Assembly: GCA_965229215.1 (NCBI GenBank)
Contig: OZ245864.1
Span: 3,931,346 to 3,995,345 of the forward strand
Reading direction: 5' to 3'
DNA from: Tagaea sp.
Lineage (GTDB): Bacteria > Pseudomonadota > Alphaproteobacteria > CACIAM-22H2
Length of the DNA stretch: 64,000 bases
The position numbers and the translations under genes were made by a program. The notes beneath the pieces were generated by a model, which had not been told where the DNA came from, ran no database searches, and worked only from the letters and a program-made list of their open reading frames with translations. Below are positions 60,376-64,000 of the stretch, in pieces (position 1 is the first letter of the stretch; the number at the start of each line of letters is the position of its first letter).

Positions 60376-61608
60376 ATGTCGCACGCCGTTTCGCCGCTGG
60401 CCCCGAAGTCTTTCCCCGCATTGCCGATCATCGGCGGCATGCGTCTGGCAACGACGCTGACCGGCATGCGCTACAAGGGGCGCGACGACCTGTTCTTCGC
60501 CGCGTTCCAGCCGGGCACGGCCGTGGCGGGCGTGTTCACGTCGAACAAGATGCCGGGCGTGCCGGTCGACTGGTGTCGCAAGCATATCGGCGGCGGGCGC
60601 GCGCGCGGGCTCGTCGTCAATGCCGGCAACGCCAACGTGTTCACTGGCAAGGCGGGTGCTGCCGCCTGCGCCGAGACCGCCAAGGCGGCGGCCAAGGCGC
60701 TGGGCTGCAAGGCCGCGGAGATCTTCATTTCGTCGACCGGCGTCATCGGCCAGGTGCCCGACGCGGGCAAGCTTTCGGCCGCGACTTCGGCAGCCTCCCT
60801 GCGTCTCGGCACGGCCTCGATCGAGGGTGCCGCGCGCGCCATGATGACGACCGACACCTTCGCGAAGGGTGCCGGCGCCGCCGCACGCGTCGGCGGCAAG
60901 ACCGTGCGCGTGGCCGGGATCGCCAAGGGCAGCGGCATGATCGCGCCCGCGATGGCGACGATGCTCGCCTACGTCTTCACCGACGCCGCCGTCTCGCCCG
61001 CCGTGCTGCGCGCGATCCTCAAGGATGTCGCCGCGCGCACGTTCAACGCGATCACGGTCGACGGCGACACCTCCACGTCCGACACGCTGATGGCCTTCGC
61101 GACCGGCGCTGCCGGCAACAAGACCGTCTCGGGCGCGTCGTCGGCCGATGCCGCGGCGCTGAAGAAAGCCATCGAGGCCGTGTGCCTCGATTTGGCGATC
61201 CAGGTCGCCAAGGACGGCGAGGGCGCGCAGAAGCTGGTGCAGGTCGACGTGACGGGGGCCGCGGACGACGCGGCCGCACGCACGATCGGCATGGCGATCG
61301 CCAATTCGCCGCTGGTCAAGACGGCAATCGCCGCGGCCGACGCCAACTGGGGCCGCATCGTCATGGCCGTGGGCAAGAGCGGCGAGAAGGCCGACCGCGA
61401 CAGGCTGAAGGTCTCGGTCGGCGGCACGACCATCGCGCGCAAGGGCATGCCGGTTCCCGGCTACGACGAGGCGCCGGTCGCCGCCCACATGCAGGGCCGC
61501 GACGTGCGCATCGCGGTCGATATCGGCCTCGGCAAGGGCAAGGCGCGCGTGTGGACCTGCGATCTGACCCACGCCTATATCGACATCAATGGCAGCTACC
61601 GGAGCTGA
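60376..61608 (+). CDS. argJ: Bifunctional glutamate N-acetyltransferase / amino-acid acetyltransferase ArgJ
   Basis: 410 aa. Conserved ATML self-cleavage site (PAMATMLAYVFTDA). Confidence 0.9.
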   Translation: MSHAVSPLAPKSFPALPIIGGMRLATTLTGMRYKGRDDLFFAAFQPGTAVAGVFTSNKMPGVPVDWCRKHIGGGRARGLVVNAGNANVFTGKAGAAACAETAKAAAKALGCKAAEIFISSTGVIGQVPDAGKLSAATSAASLRLGTASIEGAARAMMTTDTFAKGAGAAARVGGKTVRVAGIAKGSGMIAPAMATMLAYVFTDAAVSPAVLRAILKDVAARTFNAITVDGDTSTSDTLMAFATGAAGNKTVSGASSADAAALKKAIEAVCLDLAIQVAKDGEGAQKLVQVDVTGAADDAAARTIGMAIANSPLVKTAIAAADANWGRIVMAVGKSGEKADRDRLKVSVGGTTIARKGMPVPGYDEAPVAAHMQGRDVRIAVDIGLGKGKARVWTCDLTHAYIDINGSYRS

Positions 61609-62050
61609 AGGCTGCGACGATCCGGCGCTGTCGGCGCGGCTGGCAGCGCCTGCGCGCGTGGTGCTCGTGGTCGCCGCCGCGCTGATCGATTCCGACGGGC
61701 GCGTGCTGCTTGCCCGCCGCCCGCCCGGCAAGGCGATGGCCGGCCTGTGGGAATTCCCCGGCGGCAAGATCAACGCGAACGAGACGCCGGAAGCCGCCCT
61801 CGTGCGCGAGCTGCACGAGGAGCTCGGCATCGATCTCTCGCATGCCTGCCTCGCGCCGCTGACTTTCGCCTCGCACCGCTACGATGATTTCCACCTGCTG
61901 ATGCCGCTCTATGCGGCGCGCAACTGGAAAGGCACGCCGCAGCCGCGCGAAGGCCAGGAACTGGCGTGGGTGCGGCCCAACGCCATGCGTGAGTATCCGA
62001 TGCCGCCGGCGGACGTGCCGCTGGTGGCGATGCTGCAGGATCTACTTTAG
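61589..62050 (+). CDS. mutT: NUDIX hydrolase (MutT-like 8-oxo-dGTP diphosphatase)
   Basis: Nudix box GLWEFPGGKINANETPEAALVRELHEELGI. Overlaps the argJ 3' end by 20 nt. Confidence 0.75.
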   Translation: MAATGAEGCDDPALSARLAAPARVVLVVAAALIDSDGRVLLARRPPGKAMAGLWEFPGGKINANETPEAALVRELHEELGIDLSHACLAPLTFASHRYDDFHLLMPLYAARNWKGTPQPREGQELAWVRPNAMREYPMPPADVPLVAMLQDLL

Positions 62051-62962
62051 CGGCGGCGCCGAGCGGTCCGCATCGAGCGCGTCCGCCAGCCGATGCACCG
62101 CACTGCCCGGACGCAGCGCCTTGGGCTGGCTCGCATGCGGGGCCCAGGCCGTCAGGTTCAGGATCTGGAACGTCGCCGGCATGCGACCTTCGTCGGCGAA
62201 CAGGTCCTCGTAGATCGCCGCGGCGCGCAGCAGCGTGGAGCGCCGCGTGAAATCCTTGCGCCGCTCGACGATCGCGTTCGCCTCGCCCATGCCGCGCAGG
62301 TCGCGCATCAGGTCGAGCGCGTTTTCATAGGAGACCGTGATCGTGTCGGCATCGACGACGGGGAGCGCGAAGCCTGCACGCTGGAGGAGCGCGCCCGCAT
62401 CGCGCACGTCGGCGAAGGGCGAAACGCGCGGCCCTGCGCCGCCGCTTTCCGCCATCTCGGCCTCGATCAGCGCGCGGCGCAGTTCGCCCAGCGTCTCGCC
62501 GCCGAGGATGGCGGCGAGGAAAAGCCCGTCGGGCTTCAGCGCGCGGCGGGCCTGCAGGAGCGCGCCGGGAAGATCGTTGGTCCAGTGCAGCGACAGGCAG
62601 CTGACGATCAGGTCGAAGCTGCCGTCGGCGAAGGGCAGGAACTCCTCGTCGGCGACGGCGACGAGACGCGCGGCTTCGCCGCCGCAGGGACGCGCGCGCG
62701 CGGCCTTCATCATCGTGCTCGACAGGTCGCACTGCACGATCGTCCCGATCCCGTTGCGCCCGGCCAGCAACGGCGCAAGCACGCCGGTGCGCGCACCAAG
62801 ATCGAGCGCGCGCGGGAATTCGCGCGCGACGTCGTCGAGCCGCTCGACCAGACGCTCGGCGACTTCCTGGAAAAGGAAATCGTGATCGGCGAAATGCCGC
62901 GCCGCGCGGTCGCGATGGCGGCGCACGGTGCGGCGGTCGAAGATGGCGAGCGGGCTGCCCAT
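62042..62962 (-). CDS. Class I SAM-dependent methyltransferase
   Basis: Motif I-like (LDLGARTG) and Methyltransf_11-like (FDLIVSCLSLHW). 306 aa. Confidence 0.7.
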   Translation of the reverse strand: MGSPLAIFDRRTVRRHRDRAARHFADHDFLFQEVAERLVERLDDVAREFPRALDLGARTGVLAPLLAGRNGIGTIVQCDLSSTMMKAARARPCGGEAARLVAVADEEFLPFADGSFDLIVSCLSLHWTNDLPGALLQARRALKPDGLFLAAILGGETLGELRRALIEAEMAESGGAGPRVSPFADVRDAGALLQRAGFALPVVDADTITVSYENALDLMRDLRGMGEANAIVERRKDFTRRSTLLRAAAIYEDLFADEGRMPATFQILNLTAWAPHASQPKALRPGSAVHRLADALDADRSAPPLK

Positions 62963-63040
62963 GCCGAATTCCTAGCGCGTTTCGACGGTCCGGGAAACCT
63001 TGCGCATACGTTTCGCGTGATTGACTCGCGGGGGTGCCGC

Positions 63041-63826
63041 GTGCTGGCATCTTCACCCGTGGAATTTGCCCGCCGGATATCCGAACTGATCGTGCGCGGT
63101 GCGCGCGCGGGTCTCGATGCGGTCGTTCCGCCCACCTGCCTTCGATGCGAATGCATCGTCGCCTCGCCCGGCGGCGTCTGCGCCGCGTGCTGGCAGAAGC
63201 TCGCATGGATTGACCGGCCGTTCTGCGTGCGTTGCGGCGTCCCGTTCGGTGCCGATCTGAGCGGAACGGGGGCCGATGCAATTTGTGCGGACTGCCTCGC
63301 CCATCGTTCGCCGCTTGCGACGGTCCGCGCGGCCCTGCGCTATGACGATGCGAGCCGCGATCTCCTGCTCGGCTTCAAGCATGCCGATCGCACGCATGCC
63401 GCCCCGCATTTCGGCAAGTGGCTGGCGCGCGCCGGTGCGGACGCACTGGCCGGCGCCGATCTTCTCGTGCCCGTGCCGCTGCACTGGACGCGCCTCGTCT
63501 GGCGGCGCTTCAACCAGGCGGCGCTGCTTGCGCAGGCGCTTGCCCGCGAAAGCGGCGTGGCGTGCGTGCCCGACCTGCTGGTGCGCGCGCGGCGCACGCC
63601 GATCCAGGGCATGCTCGGCCGGCTGCAGCGCAAGCGCAACGTCCGCCGCGCCTTTTCGCTTCGCGCCCGCCACCTTGCGCTGGCGAAGGGAGCCTGCGTG
63701 GTGCTTGTCGACGACGTGCTGACGACCGGCGCCACACTCGCCGAATGCGCCCGCACGCTCCGCCGGGCGGGGGCGGCGGAAGTGCGGGCCGTGACCCTGG
63801 CGCGGGTCGTGCTGACCCCCGATTAA
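63041..63826 (+). CDS. comF: ComF-family protein (phosphoribosyltransferase-like, competence factor F homologue)
   Basis: N-terminal Cys4 zinc ribbon (CLRCE...CAACW / CVRCG...CADC). C-terminal PRTase motif (VVLVDDVLTTGATL). GTG start. Confidence 0.7.
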   Translation: MLASSPVEFARRISELIVRGARAGLDAVVPPTCLRCECIVASPGGVCAACWQKLAWIDRPFCVRCGVPFGADLSGTGADAICADCLAHRSPLATVRAALRYDDASRDLLLGFKHADRTHAAPHFGKWLARAGADALAGADLLVPVPLHWTRLVWRRFNQAALLAQALARESGVACVPDLLVRARRTPIQGMLGRLQRKRNVRRAFSLRARHLALAKGACVVLVDDVLTTGATLAECARTLRRAGAAEVRAVTLARVVLTPD

Positions 63827-63906
63827 TGCATGCCGGGCGGACTGGAACTCGGCGGCGCACCCGGCTATCTTTTCGGTAACGGCGTTTCCTGAAGGAGCGA
63901 TCGGCA

Positions 63907-64000
63907 ATGGCGGCGAAGGTCGAGATCTACACCAGCCCGTTCTGCGGCTATTGCGCGCGCGCCAAGCGCCTGCTGTCCGCCAAGGGCGTGTCGTACGAGG
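63907..64000 (+). CDS. grxC: Glutaredoxin (Grx3-like); 3' end lies outside the window
   Basis: MAAKVEIYTSPFCGYCARAKRLL contains the CGYC active site. Confidence 0.75.
   Translation, partial: MAAKVEIYTSPFCGYCARAKRLLSAKGVSYE

Overview
This window is a ~70% GC alphaproteobacterial-type chromosomal segment, densely packed with housekeeping genes.

The ordinary genes, in order:
- A partial mutY C-terminus.
- A divergent znuA / zur-znuC-znuB zinc-uptake locus.
- ctaA, then a MarR regulator overlapping a giant fused oxidoreductase.
- A Liv-type branched-chain amino-acid ABC transporter, two methyl-accepting chemotaxis proteins, and groESL with CIRCE and σ32-like signals.
- A DinG-like helicase, a class-I lysyl-tRNA synthetase, and a cupredoxin plus di-haem cytochrome c peroxidase pair.
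- pyrD, an EAL protein, methylmalonyl-CoA mutase, and a 1971-aa repeat-rich coiled-coil membrane protein.
- Serine and metallo hydrolases, secA, a parvulin-type PPIase, argJ, mutT, comF and a partial grxC.

The standout region is ~26.3-38.9 kb: a compact ~12.6 kb T7-like (podovirus) structural and packaging module. It carries portal, scaffold, major capsid, tail tubular A and B, a small internal protein, a tail fibre, a large terminase and two small membrane (holin-like) proteins. A divergently transcribed S24/COG2932 phage-repressor-like regulator sits next to it, separated by AT-rich islands. I found no integrase, replication genes, RNA polymerase, internal core/ejectosome proteins, small terminase, endolysin, att repeats or tRNA. 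It is therefore either a domesticated podovirus-derived particle system (GTA- or tailocin-like) or a heavily reduced prophage.

The window also contains several nested palindromic or REP-like repeats and near-consensus σ70 promoters. Many long antisense or alternate-frame ORFs are high-GC artefacts and were rejected.
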